Origin: Pavona decussata
Lineage: Eukaryota
Reading direction: 5' to 3'
Assembly: GCA_977016875.1 (NCBI GenBank)
Contig: CDRNST010000191.1
Coordinates: 1,054,001 to 1,118,000 of the forward strand
DNA: 64,000 nt
This document shows positions 23,934 through 35,745 of this stretch, piece after piece (the first letter of the stretch is position 1; each line of letters opens with the position of its first letter). Position numbers and translations under genes: made by a program. The notes beneath the pieces are model-generated. The model searched no databases. It saw nothing but the letters and a program-made list of their open reading frames with translations, and had not been told where the DNA came from.

Positions 23934-25131
23934 TCCTTTGAAAGGGACGCAGGGAGATATATAACGTTTGTAGAAGCACACGGACGTTCGCTAAGGGAAT
24001 TCTTACTGAAAGTCATTGTAAAAAAGAAACGAGGGCCACTTCGCGCTAGGAACAAGTTTGTCTTTTTTATGTGGCCTTAACAAACTTAAGTGACGAACTT
24101 TGTAAGGAAGAGTGCGACATGTTCTAGTATACACATGCCCATGGCTCCTTGGTGTACTTGACACTACGCAATTAACGCCGCGTCAGTAATCGCACAACAT
24201 ATTAGTGTCATAGCACAGACTCTAATGAGAAAACAATCTCTTCCCGTTCGGCTATTATGCTGTTCCTTGAAAATAACTAATTGGAGTCGCATATAGTGTC
24301 GTGCCTTTTGATAAAAAGATATCACAACATCTAGCAATGAATATAAAAACGATAGGTCTTAGCCTAGAAAAGAGGTAAAACGAAGTTGTTGTTGTTGCTT
24401 TTTTTTTTTTTTGGATAATCAGATGCCCTTGGCTGTTCTCGCACATTGTATAGCTAAGCGGCAGGATAACAATATTTCAATCAATATATCAGTTATATGC
24501 GGTATACGCCATATTGGATCATAGAAGGCTTTCAAGACCGACGCAATTTATAGAACGCTGATTCTTAAAATATTTCGGCTGTCACTGTAAGGATAATGCA
24601 CACTTCGTTTTCGGGAACAATACGTTTTGAAAACTTTAGACGAGACTGTGAAACCCCAGAACAAAACGACACAGAAAAATGTTGTTGACTGGATGGACAA
24701 TAATTAAATTTCCTTTTCATTTACAAATTAATTTTTTTCCACGGAATAGAATTAGCGCGAAATTTGTTCTTGTTGACATGAGTTGTATTTATGGAGTGGT
24801 CGTTTGTTAATTTTTCAATTTTGCGTTCAGACTGATTCAATTAATGTTGTCGCCAGAACACAAGTGTTTCAGAATACCCTTTAAGGATCCCTTACCTATA
24901 TTTTTTTCTGTACACAATTGCGTCATGAATTGTCTGTGTACGTGCCCTAAGTGAACATAAAAACACTTATGAAAGAAGATAAAAGGAGAAACGAACCGAA
25001 TCTCTCAATTTGATTGAGTTCGTTGAGTGCCTACAAAAGCAATACAGATCGCAGTGTCTCTTTTAGCTCAGTGATACTACCTTTCAATTATACTTCAGAG
25101 CCCCGATCAAAATCCAAATTTAAATTAAAAC

Positions 25132-26025
25132 ATGAATAACTCCGCATTGGAAAACACAAGAAATCTGTCATCAGAAGAAGATTGTTTTCTTCCGGTAGCC
25201 CATGGCATTGCCCTTATCACATCCAATGCCATGGTTTGTGCATTTGGAACACTCGGCAACTTAATGGTCTGCATGGCCGTCGTTACACATCCTCGTCTTC
25301 GCCGAAGTTCGAATTACCTATTGTTCAGCTTAGCCATTGCTGATGTGATCGTCACAATGATTTGCGAACCTCTCCTTCTGGAAATCCTGAGCAAGAGAAC
25401 CTTCTTCCATGACTGTGAAACAAGAAGCCTGGAACTCCTGTACCAAATTTTAGCCAATTTTTCTTGTTTAGCATCAGTGGCGCACTTGGCCACAATCAGT
25501 GTGGACCGTTTCCTCGCTGTCTGTTTTCCTCTACTCCACAACACAATCCTGAATAAGTGTGGAACACGCACAATGCTGATTGTGTCTTGGGCATTTCCGA
25601 TTGCAGGTCCCATTTTGAATGTCGTCCTTCCAATGTCCTTTCCCAAACGATTCTTGGCCACCGGATTGTTCGCCCTAAGTTATGTCATCATTATTTTCTC
25701 CTATTTACTTATCGTCGCATTTGTGATCCACCAAAGGAGGAAAAGAAAAACTTTAGGAGCTCGAAAGCGGTCTGCCCGCGTTGAAGTACGCGTTGCTTGC
25801 ACTCTGGCGATAGTGATTGGTGTCTTCACTGTCTGTTGGGTGTCGCTAATAACCGGCTTGTTTGCAACTGGTAAACCACTCTTCAAACGTCATGGGCTTG
25901 TGCACATGTGGCTTCGTACTTTATCCCTGTCAAACTCCGCCATGAACTTTCTCATTTATACCGCGAGAATTCCTGACTTCCGTGATGCTTACGCCAGGAT
26001 ATGCCGAAAGATGTGTCACCAATGA
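25132..26025 (+). CDS. Class A GPCR, cluster member 4 (closest to member 3)
   Basis: Motifs GN, SLAIAD, DRF, CWVS (TM6 Pro lost) and SNSAMNFLIY. Confidence 0.92.
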   Translation: MNNSALENTRNLSSEEDCFLPVAHGIALITSNAMVCAFGTLGNLMVCMAVVTHPRLRRSSNYLLFSLAIADVIVTMICEPLLLEILSKRTFFHDCETRSLELLYQILANFSCLASVAHLATISVDRFLAVCFPLLHNTILNKCGTRTMLIVSWAFPIAGPILNVVLPMSFPKRFLATGLFALSYVIIIFSYLLIVAFVIHQRRKRKTLGARKRSARVEVRVACTLAIVIGVFTVCWVSLITGLFATGKPLFKRHGLVHMWLRTLSLSNSAMNFLIYTARIPDFRDAYARICRKMCHQ

Positions 26026-26247
26026 ATTCAGTCTTGTGAACTTTACTGTTTAATTTTCACTCTATTAACAATATGCACGTACTCTTCTTTGATGCCTCTC
26101 CAAAAGGGAGCATTAATGTAAAGAAGAACAATTATCATAGAAAATGTATCAACAAGGTTACCAGATAAGAGAATTTACCCCGAGAGTGAATATATGAAAT
26201 ATTCACTCTCATTTGTTGATCAAATGCTCAATGGGTTATTACGAACT

Positions 26248-26385
26248 CACAAAATGACCAGCTTCCAGTGGACGTGATAGCTCAGCTGACAGAGCAATGG
26301 ACTTGTATCGCAGAGGTGATCTGAGTTTTTAATTCCGTTCAAGATTGAAAATTTTTTCAGGCTCTCTTTTCGGAACTGCTCAAGA
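26248..26385 (+). mobile_element. Degenerate tRNA-derived SINE
   Basis: ATGACCAGCTTCCAGTGG..GATAGCTCAGCTGACAGAGCA...TATCGCAGAGGT...TTTTTTCAGGCT: an A-box and a decayed B-box. Confidence 0.6.
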
Positions 26386-27254
26386 AGGATGAACTTTAGA
26401 GCGGTACAGAAAGAGGTTCGTGGTGTCGCTAGTGTCGAACCACTGTCACATCGCTGGGAGAACCTAACCAAGAAAGAGTTTGAATGTAACTATAGCATTC
26501 AGCTGTATCATTAGTTTTTTCACTCTAGCGTGATATCATCGTACCTTATTTTGAAAATATTTTATCATTAAAATGGATCAAAAGACCAGAGATATTTGGG
26601 GACGCAAATATTATTTTACATTATATTATTTTTAAAATGAAAACATTTGCTTCATGTTCACTGGCCTAGAAAAGACAAAACCTCAGAGCTGGCATTTCAA
26701 CTGCACATTAAACAATTTAAAATGCACATGGAAACGTACCAAGCCCTTTCCTTGATTGAAATCTGTTTACTTTCACTTGGTCATAAATGTGCAAAAATGA
26801 AGTTTTAGAATAGCGTTGAACATTCCTTTTCCTAGAAACTTCGCCGGAATTTAGTAAAAAAAAAAAAAAAAAAAAAAAACCGGTATACTCAACACAGCGT
26901 CAAGCTTTACTTTTGATGTTAAAAGTTGAATTTCTAATAATTCTCCTGCTTGTTTTAAACAGGGCCAAAAAGCATCAAGCGCAAGTAATTTGACTTGTCA
27001 CCCGGTGTTTTTGTCATTTTTCGATGATGTTGTTATTATTTTTAGTTTTGATTTTTGTTGTTGAATTTGTTGCTATTGTTTCTGTTGCTGTTGCTGTTGC
27101 GATGTTGGTTTTGTAGTTTAGTAAGTGCCCTGGAAACCGAGATGGTGTACAGAGCATGTCTGTACAACCAATAGAGGGAGGTAATGCTGCGCATGGGCAA
27201 CATATCTCCTGAAGCAAAACATAACATATACAGACACTTATTTGTAGGTATTGT

Positions 27255-27845
27255 AGTGGTCTCTTGTAGCAATCTTTAGCAACATAACTTCTCCAATAAC
27301 TGTGCAGCAAACCTGGAACTCACATACACAATTCTGTCTAGATTTTCGTGTTCTGTATCTATCGCACACATCCGGCAGTAATTAGTTTGGATCGCCTCTT
27401 CGCCGTTGTGTTTCCTCTTCGACACAAGATCGTCATGAAGAACTTCGGATTAAAGACAATGTTGATATTGTCTTGGGAATTCCAACGGTGGTTTCTATTT
27501 TGAGCAATGTTCTACCAGCGTCGTTTTCCAGAACTATCCTGATGACGGTGGCTTTCCTATTTAAAGGAAAGAAGAAAAGAAACAAGTTAAGTGCTCGACC
27601 ACCACCTGTAGGGAGTGTAGGAACAAATTCCCGGGAAGTGCGCTGGCTATTGTGACAGACATTTACACTGCTTGTTGGTTTCCATTGGTGATTGCCTTTT
27701 ATTTCAGTGCTAAACCGCTGTTCAAGCCTAACGGAGCGACGCACATGTGGCTCCGGACTTTGGCTCTGTCAAATTCGCCATGAACTTTCTCATTTACTCG
27801 AGAATTTCACAACGGATACGTTGAGATATTCCGAAAATGTATGGG
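27255..27845 (+). pseudogene. GPCR pseudogene of the cluster (5' truncated, frameshifted)
   Basis: Translates in pieces to NCAANLELTYTILSRFSCSVS..ISLDRLFAVVFPLRH..GLKTMLILSW..KKKRNKLSARP..HMWLRTLALSNS(A)MNFLIY. Several frameshifts and deletions; TM1-2 are missing. Confidence 0.85.
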
Positions 27846-30024
27846 TCGCCTTGTATGAATTACATATCCTAAAGAAGCCGTCGTGTCAGGAACGTTTAAA
27901 CTCACGTCAACATTGTTTTAGGATTCAACCGCATTATTCTAAGAGGTAAATAAATGAAGCCTGCCAACAAAAGATAGAAGCATGGTATGAAAAAAGTTTA
28001 TTATAAGCACTATGCATTACTCTTTTTTAAAAAAATTAATACCAAATTATCCCTCCACCCCATTGAATGGCAGTAGGATTGGTACGTAATAGTTTCATGA
28101 TTGTCAGACTGTGATTCCGGCAAAGTTAGTTACAAGCTTGTTGGTCCACTGGTTCTACATTGCATCGTTGGAAAAGTGGAATAAAGATGAACCAAACTGC
28201 AAAGGTGAGGCTGAGGCAGCAATACTTTGGACAGGCATAATGTCACAACACAGAAAACTGAAGTGATCTGATGCAGCTTCGCTGATTGAACTGTGTAGGA
28301 GGTAACAAATCGATGCCTGACAGCTGGGGCTACATTGGGTTGAGTAAAGGAGGAACTGTCTACCAACAATAAATGGAATCAGTATTTCTTGAACTATCTT
28401 TAAGATTCAATGACCTAATACTGTCCAGATCCGCTGCTTGCTGATTACGTTGGAAAAGACACTTCACTTTGCACCTCTCGTCCTCTCCCCAGCAGGTCCT
28501 AAAAAGGTTTTCCTGATAACGGTGACACTAAAGCATGTTTGTTTGTATGAGCATTTCATGCTCGTTATCATCCACATACTGATAGTTCTCGATCCGGTAC
28601 ATAACACGGATTTTGAGGCTCCAGCCTGAGCTACTCATAAGGCTTGTTTATGGACTAACACAGGTTACCTCTCGTATTTGAGAAGTAAATGACAAATAGA
28701 TATTAATTTTATTACAGTGTCATATCCCATATCTCCCAACATTTGGCTCGGAGGCGAGTGCCATCAGCACTGCGCTATTCCTGCTACCTGAAGTTACAAA
28801 TTCAGTTTGAAAATCTGTCAATTTTTTTCAGTAATTGCATACAGGCTTGCGATGAGTGCCCTAAACAATTCTCATACACACGCAAATGGACGCGATATTG
28901 AAATATGTTGCAAAATATCGTGCAGTTTCCTTTATTACTGCGTTGCTATAGCAACCTTCTATTTATGTTAGTGTTAACTTCCGTCGATTGGCGTTTGGTG
29001 AAGAGTTAGGGCATTTCGTACTGCATGTATGTCTTGACGTGTGGATCAGTTTAGCTCGCTCAGAGGGGACTCAAATCACTGCAAATACGAGTACGTTGGC
29101 TGTCCTTTGCGCTGAGCCTCGGTAACTTTTACAAACGAAAACACGCGAAAGGATAAATCGATACCTTACTCAAATTTTCTTTGGCTCTTCCTTTTTTTTC
29201 AGTTAGCAGGCACTTAACTCTTTAAATATATTGGGTTACTTCACCGTGAAGTCTACACCCTTGATAGAGTATCACAGCATAGTAATTAAAATTGTATCGC
29301 TAAGCAATGCAATAATAATAACATACAGTAGCATATAATTAATATGCACGATTCAGTTCAATACTGGGTTAACTAGATCATCTATCTAGTTAGAATCGAA
29401 CCTCACTTTAAGAACACTCTCTTTAATCCTAAGCAAAGCACGTTTTCTAGCCTCACTTGTCTGTAGTAACGGGTTTTACGGATTAGGAACAAAGCAGCTT
29501 TGCACAAGCTGATGAAATGTAATTGGACAGTTTTGGAGAGTAAGTAATTATAGAATACAGGTCGTAAAAATAAACGGTGTTGTTAACAGGAGGTCACGCA
29601 AAGTTTTAAGGTCAATGATTTTATTACTTAACGATTTTAAAACTAAAATCAACTGATAAATCATGAGATAAAAAACGGTTGGACATTTTTAATGTTTTAT
29701 ATTTTTTTCTTGGTTTAATTACCAAAAATTTCAGCGCATTACTAACTGATTAATTTAATACGAGATCAATTGATGTTGCGGCTTTGTATCTCAGTATATT
29801 ATGTTCTTTCGCTTGCCTACACTTTTGTACGTACAAGTGCCCCATCAATTTTATTTCATCTTAAGTGGGCGGAAAAAGAAAAACACTTCTAAAAGACGTT
29901 CACTGTATAAAGGCGAGGTGATTAACCCAAGCACGGCAACACAACTGAATCACTGTTGTTCAGTAGTTGCCGTCTTCATATCATAGGCAGAGCTGACCGG
30001 CTAAAATCGAATTTCGATTTTGTC

Positions 30025-30954
30025 ATGAATTACTCATTTGAAAACACAAGTGAGCCAACGTCTAAGCACTCCACGCAAAGTTGTTCTCTTCCTTTGGCTC
30101 ATGGCATCGCCCTGATCTCAACGAATGCTGCAGTCACCGTGCTAGGAACACTTGGTAACTTACTAGTGTGCGTGGCAATTGCTACAAATCGTCGTCTTCG
30201 CCGAAGCTCAAACTACCTTCTGTTAAGCTTAGCCATCGCTGACTTGATTGTTACCGCGGCGTGTGAGCCTCTCGTTGTAGCAATCCTCGGCAAGATCACT
30301 TTCTTCAACGAATGCGCAAAAAACCTGGAGAATCCGTATAAAATATTGTCGAGACTGTCTTGTACTGCCTCAGTTGTACACATGGCCGCCATCAGTGTGG
30401 ATCGTTTTCTGGCAGTTGTGTTCCCCCTCCGTCATGAAACCATCATGGACAAATACGGCTTAAAGGTTATGCTGATAGTGTCTTGGGGATTCCCGATTTT
30501 AGTCCCTATCATGAGTGCTGTCCTTCCATCGTCCTTTCCCAAGGCATTTCTGGCGGCGGGAACTTTTGGCCTTAGTTACTTCATTGTTATTGCGTTCTAT
30601 CTACTGATCGTGGTGTATCTTTACAAAGTTAAAAAGAAAAGAAACAAACTAAGAGCTCGACCATTGTCCGTGGATATGAATTCCCGCGTAGAAATACGCG
30701 TGGCTTGCACGCTGGCCATAGTCATCGGCGTTTTCACTGCTTGTTGGTTTCCGTTGATGATCGGTTTGTTTGCTACAGGCAAATCGCTGTTGAAGCCAAA
30801 TGGGCCCGCGCACATGTGGATCAGGACTTTAGCTCTGTCAAACTCCGCCATGAATTTTCTGATCTACACAGCTAGGATCCGCGACTTCCGTGAGGCGTAC
30901 GCTGGGGTGTGCCGAAAGATGTGCTGCCTTGCAGGAATGAAATATCGCCCCTAG
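30025..30954 (+). CDS. Class A GPCR, cluster member 5
   Basis: Motifs GN, SLAIAD, DRF, CWFP and SNSAMNFLIY. ATG (MNYS) at 30025. Confidence 0.93.
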   Translation: MNYSFENTSEPTSKHSTQSCSLPLAHGIALISTNAAVTVLGTLGNLLVCVAIATNRRLRRSSNYLLLSLAIADLIVTAACEPLVVAILGKITFFNECAKNLENPYKILSRLSCTASVVHMAAISVDRFLAVVFPLRHETIMDKYGLKVMLIVSWGFPILVPIMSAVLPSSFPKAFLAAGTFGLSYFIVIAFYLLIVVYLYKVKKKRNKLRARPLSVDMNSRVEIRVACTLAIVIGVFTACWFPLMIGLFATGKSLLKPNGPAHMWIRTLALSNSAMNFLIYTARIRDFREAYAGVCRKMCCLAGMKYRP

Positions 30955-32779
30955 CTGCGGAATCATGCTTGGAAGGAACGTATAAAGCTCATTTAATTTA
31001 CAGCTGAATTTAAGGAGACAAACAGGTTTTATCTTTGATTTGAGGTTTTAAGCTGCAGAAAATGTGGCAATGGGCTTTGTAATGTGGGGCTTAAAAAATA
31101 TTTCAGAATTTTTCGTGTTTAGGATATATGTAAAAAAATATAAGATTATTGATGAAATTTTGGATGTAACGTGAGAAAAATTAAGATTTTGGGGCAATTG
31201 AAAATTATTTGACTCATGAAAGACGGAACTGGCGGATACAAGATTTTTATACCTGTCTTCTAGATCTTTCATTCCGACATTTTAATCAAACCCCAACCAC
31301 ACTGTTAAATCTGTCTCTGGTTCCATTACGAAGATATATCCAAAAGTTCTAACATTTTCTTCGTACGTGTTAGAGCCGCGTTTTGAGGATTACACTAGCT
31401 GACAAACTTAGTAAATCAAGGTTTACTAAATGGATGTGAATATATATATTAAGATCATATCTGCAGACGAACTGTGGATTAACTTGACAATTTATGAGTG
31501 GTGGAGGATTTAAGAAAGACAGAAAAATTCATGTATTTTTCTCTCCTTTTGTCATCAAAAACTATAAATATATATAAAATGTTCCGTTAGAAACTGTGAA
31601 TCCAAGTGACTGAAACTCAACTGTAATTGTTACTGTTTTTGTTTTTGTTTTTTCTCACGCTGATTTTAAAGAACTGTTTTGATATTACAAATGCTGTAAA
31701 TAGTTTCATGCCAATATATGGTCTTACAAGAGTGTTATCTCCTTAATTCGTATGCAGCTATATCGTGTTAAACCTTTTCTGTCTAGTATTGGCCTCTTAT
31801 AATTCATTCAATTATATTGTTACGATGTATATTTAGGCGTTTAATTATTTTTTAGTTTATTTTAATATGTAGAAGCGTGAAACCAGTGGGACATATCTTG
31901 ACTTAGTTCCGTTTTTCATTTGTTTTCATTCTTAGTTTGCCCGATAAACAGTCCTGTCCACCGGTTTCCTCTAACCTCCCAACTAATACCATGATCAGAT
32001 CAGCGCTAATTCTAACCATCTGTTACCCCATTCACTGAGTATTTCATAGCTTCCAAATCTGCCCGCTCCACCTTTCGAACTGTTCCCCTAGCCAATATAG
32101 CTTGCACGCGAGTCAGACTCAGCAGAGTTCGCGATACAGCCTAGCTTGTTCAGTTCTGAAGTAGCTGCCTGTGTTGAAACTCAAAAAAGGGAACAACATT
32201 GTTTGGCAGTGAGATGCATTTCAGTTGGGGCTAGCCGATGGGCCCATAAACATTCTTCATAATCAGAAACTTTGATCATTGTAACCAAGTTTTGCTGTGG
32301 TATGAGCCAGAGAGAAAGCTCTCAGTAGAAGATCCCGGTTGTGTAATCTGGGCTTACTCTGGCATAGCAAACATGCTGCGAGCTAATATTCCAAGGAAAG
32401 TCTTAGGCAGGAAAAAAATGAAATATGAAATGTAAAGGATTCGTACAGACCGGGGTTCATTGGGGCTGAACAGAAAAGAATTCATGACTAAAATCGATTA
32501 AACTTGAAATACGATAAATGTTTTCCGCATTCAGGTGCGTGTCTTCAAAATTACATTTGTTATCTCCTTTTGGGCAAATTTAATAAAGAGCCAGATTTAG
32601 TCAAAATTGTTCTTTTGTGTTCTCTAGATTAACGGATGTTAATGTCATGACAGCAAACATATACTGTTCTAAAGGAAAACCACGTACAGCTACTGCACTT
32701 AATCATTATCTCTGGAAGCTTTAAGTGCATTCTTAGCCTTCTCAATCGGTAGAACACGCACGTTCGCGGAAGCTGAACA

Positions 32780-33350
32780 AAATAGCATAATTTATTTGGT
32801 GTTGAAAACTGAACAATGTAAAACAAACAGTACTGCAACAAAGAACTGAGCTTTCATTTGAAAGGTTACAAGTTAGGATAGTTCTAGCATTTTTTCATCT
32901 TGCGTTGCATAATAAGCAACACCACAGAGAAGGTACTGAGAAACTGAAATGGTCACATTTTGAATTTTTGAAAGTTAGAACCACCTTGTAGAGCATAATA
33001 AACAGCACCGAAGGAAAGTACTGCTCAGTAGCGTTAATTTGAAGGTCGAAACTTAGAACCACCTTGTACAGCATAATAAACTGCACCATATCAAAGTACT
33101 GTTAAGTATTGCTCAGTAGTTTTCATTTGAATGGTTACACTTTAGGGTTTCAATCACAGACTCAATAGTTAGCACCACCTTGAGCGGCATAACAAACAGC
33201 AGGGAAGTACTGTCCAGTAACTTTGGATGGTTATGCTACCTTGTACAAAATAATAGACGGCAGTGCGAAAAGAAAGAACCACTCAATGAGCTTTTATGTG
33301 AATAGTAGCGCTTGAAGGTTTATACACAGATTACAAAGTTTCACATGGAC
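32780..33350. repeat. Degenerate tandem array of a ~100-bp satellite-like unit
   Basis: Recurring TTAGAACCACCTTGTACAGCATAATAAACAGCACC..AAAGTACTGCTCAGTAG..TTTCATTTGAATGGT.ACACTTTAGG. Confidence 0.8.
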
Positions 33351-34234
33351 CTATATGCTGAACGCCGGAAGGAAAAGGCTCGAAAACTGAACAGGGACGA
33401 CGTCATGATTTGATTCAGTTATAAAGTAATACTTGACAAGTAACAGGAAAGGAACCTAGCCTAGATGCCTCAGACTGATGACGTGCCGGCCAAACAAACA
33501 GTGTGGTTACCGAGTGACCCAAACGTCCCTAGAGTTTCTGAAACCGACACTATTAAAAACGTCAGTTTTAAAATCGAATAAGGTCAAACAGGACAAGTGG
33601 TAAATTGTCGATCTCGATCTCTTTGAGATTTAATTAGCTTTTTTTGCCAGGTAAAGAAAATGTATCTCAACCAACAAAATAAAAAAATAACAAGTGGAGG
33701 CCATTCTACCAACCCTATATTTTTTCCGGCGCAGAACGACAGCAACAGTTCAGTTCAAGTTAGGAGGTTCCAAAAAGTCTGAGATGAAATTTGCAAATAT
33801 AGGCCTTCTCAGCCCAGTAAGCTGTACCGCCAATCCGAACACGTACCTGCTACAGAAGTAGGTGCAATACAGTTTTGTACCGCTATCACTAATGTGAGAA
33901 AAGAAAAACTTGGAAAAGAGGAAAAACACTGGCAATTTACTCTTTCAGACTGAAGATCATGCAAAGCTATGACTAAAAGAAAACTCGTTACATTTTGAAT
34001 CGATTTTACAATGGCTTGTTTCTTTTTCCTTTCAGATTATTGTTCAGTGTTTTTATTGTATTAGTTTCAACCGGTGTTTCCTTCTTTACTAAAGTGAGGA
34101 AAATATCAAAATTAATTCTGCAATATCGGGGAAACAGACAGCGCCAACATGAAATCACTGTTCAAGAGCTTTCAATTGATTATCACGTTTTTAATTTTAT
34201 GGAGAGATAGTTTATTTCATTTCATTTATTGATA

Positions 34235-34665
34235 GTTAGAACCACTCTGTACTGCATACTAAAAAACAGTACCACAGGAAAGTACTGCTCAGTGACTCTC
34301 ATTCAAAAGTTCACGCTTAAAACAGTCACTTAAGGATTTCATCCACACTGTCATAAGTAAAGTTAGAAGCACCTTGCACAGAATAATGCAAAGCACCATA
34401 GGAAAGTAATGTTCAGTAGCTTTTATTAGAAAGGATAAGGATTTAAGATTTCATCCACAGAATCAAAAATTAGAACCACCTTATATGGCATAGCAGACAT
34501 AGTGCGAGAAAGTACAACTCAGTGGTTTTCAAGTGAATGATCCACACTTTAGGATTTCATCCACTGACTCGAAAAGTGAACTATTTCAACAGCACTAATG
34601 GAAGTACTTCAGTGCCATATATACAGCTTTCATTTCAATCGTCACGCTTTAGGATTTCATCCACA
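34235..34665. repeat. Second degenerate array of the same ~100-bp unit
   Basis: About 4 copies of TTAGAACCAC...GAAAGTAC..CTCAG...TTAGGATTTCATCCAC. Confidence 0.8.
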
Positions 34666-35166
34666 AGTTTTCATATCACGCTAGAAACTTGCGATTTAAA
34701 GATTGACTCTTGAAGCATGAAGCGAAGGATTTCGTTTTATTTTCATTTCCACATGCATCTGTTTCTGGCTGTTTCGCGCATGTTAGTGATATTGAGCCAC
34801 AAACAAATGGTGGTCAGATATTGACACTGAACATCAAATTTGGAGGCAAGAAAACTAGTTAACGGGCGACCTTCTTTAGGTTTATTCAGTCACATTATTT
34901 AAAGAGATATATTTTCTTCAAAGCTTTCAATGATGAATAAGGCAAATGTCTCATGCAAACTAAACTAAATGGTCATGTAAAAGAAAATGTATCATCTAGA
35001 TCCCCTCTGTGCTTCGGCAACCCTGGCAAAAAAGTACGACTGTTGTGTTTCTAGGCATTTGCTTGCAGTAAATAAACGTCTATAAATTTGCATTTTTGTA
35101 TATTTACCAATATCACAATATTTGCAACATGATGTTTCAAGCCGTGAAAGCCCATGATTCTGAACA

Positions 35167-35745
35167 TTATCTCCCTGTTTTCTGCTTGTGTTTCTTCAGC
35201 ATAGGCAGTCTGTATGAACATCCTAATGTAGGTATATCGACAGCTTCAAGCACTTTTTTGCGACCCCTTGGCAGACTGTCTAAATCCACACTCAAAGTGT
35301 CACATTTTTCCCCGAGCGCGACATCGCTTCGCCGAAGGTCAAATCCTGTTCCGTTTCCCATTCGTTTGATCCAATTGTGACTTTGCCTCCAGCATTTTGA
35401 TCTCTCTATCTTCGGTAATCTCCCTGGTTTACTATGACTGTGGAATCGATTGTGATATTCCGCTACTTCATAGTGATGTCTGATGCCCAAGTTTATGCTC
35501 AGCCGATGAATTCGCCTGACTTCATCGTCGAGTAAAATTACAATGTCTGTCGTTGTCCGACTAGAAACCGACGATTGTAGAACTGGAGACAGCGACGCTT
35601 CTTTGTTCGAAATAAAATCGTCTTCGCGAGTTTGTAGCGGCGGTAATTTATTGCTGAACGACGATTGTTTTGGTTGGTTGTTGTCCTTTTGTTTCTTGTT
35701 ATTTTGAAAGCCGTTATACCCATTCTTGACAATAATTTCCGCCAT
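35167..35745 (-). CDS. Orphan 192-aa protein, probably disordered
   Basis: Intact ORF with strong start context AAAATGGCG at 35745, coding-like composition, and repeated short motifs KLPPL, RLPKI and RLPML. Confidence 0.6.
   Translation of the reverse strand: MAEIIVKNGYNGFQNNKKQKDNNQPKQSSFSNKLPPLQTREDDFISNKEASLSPVLQSSVSSRTTTDIVILLDDEVRRIHRLSINLGIRHHYEVAEYHNRFHSHSKPGRLPKIERSKCWRQSHNWIKRMGNGTGFDLRRSDVALGEKCDTLSVDLDSLPRGRKKVLEAVDIPTLGCSYRLPMLKKHKQKTGR

Noticed and set aside
10469-30851. Antisense ORFs overlapping the GPCR genes (e.g. 10469, 14447, 20953, 25314, 30621)
   Set aside because: Shadow frames of the conserved GPCR coding sequence; their mutual similarity is explained by the paralogy.
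31870-32460. GC-richer tract that may be a decayed retroelement or gene fragment
   Set aside because: No intact frame or diagnostic motif could be read.
32780-34665. CRISPR-like array, or coding ORF 32895-33089
   Set aside because: Eukaryotic context, whole-unit tandem repeats without unique spacers, and no cas genes. The ORF is a translation of the satellite.
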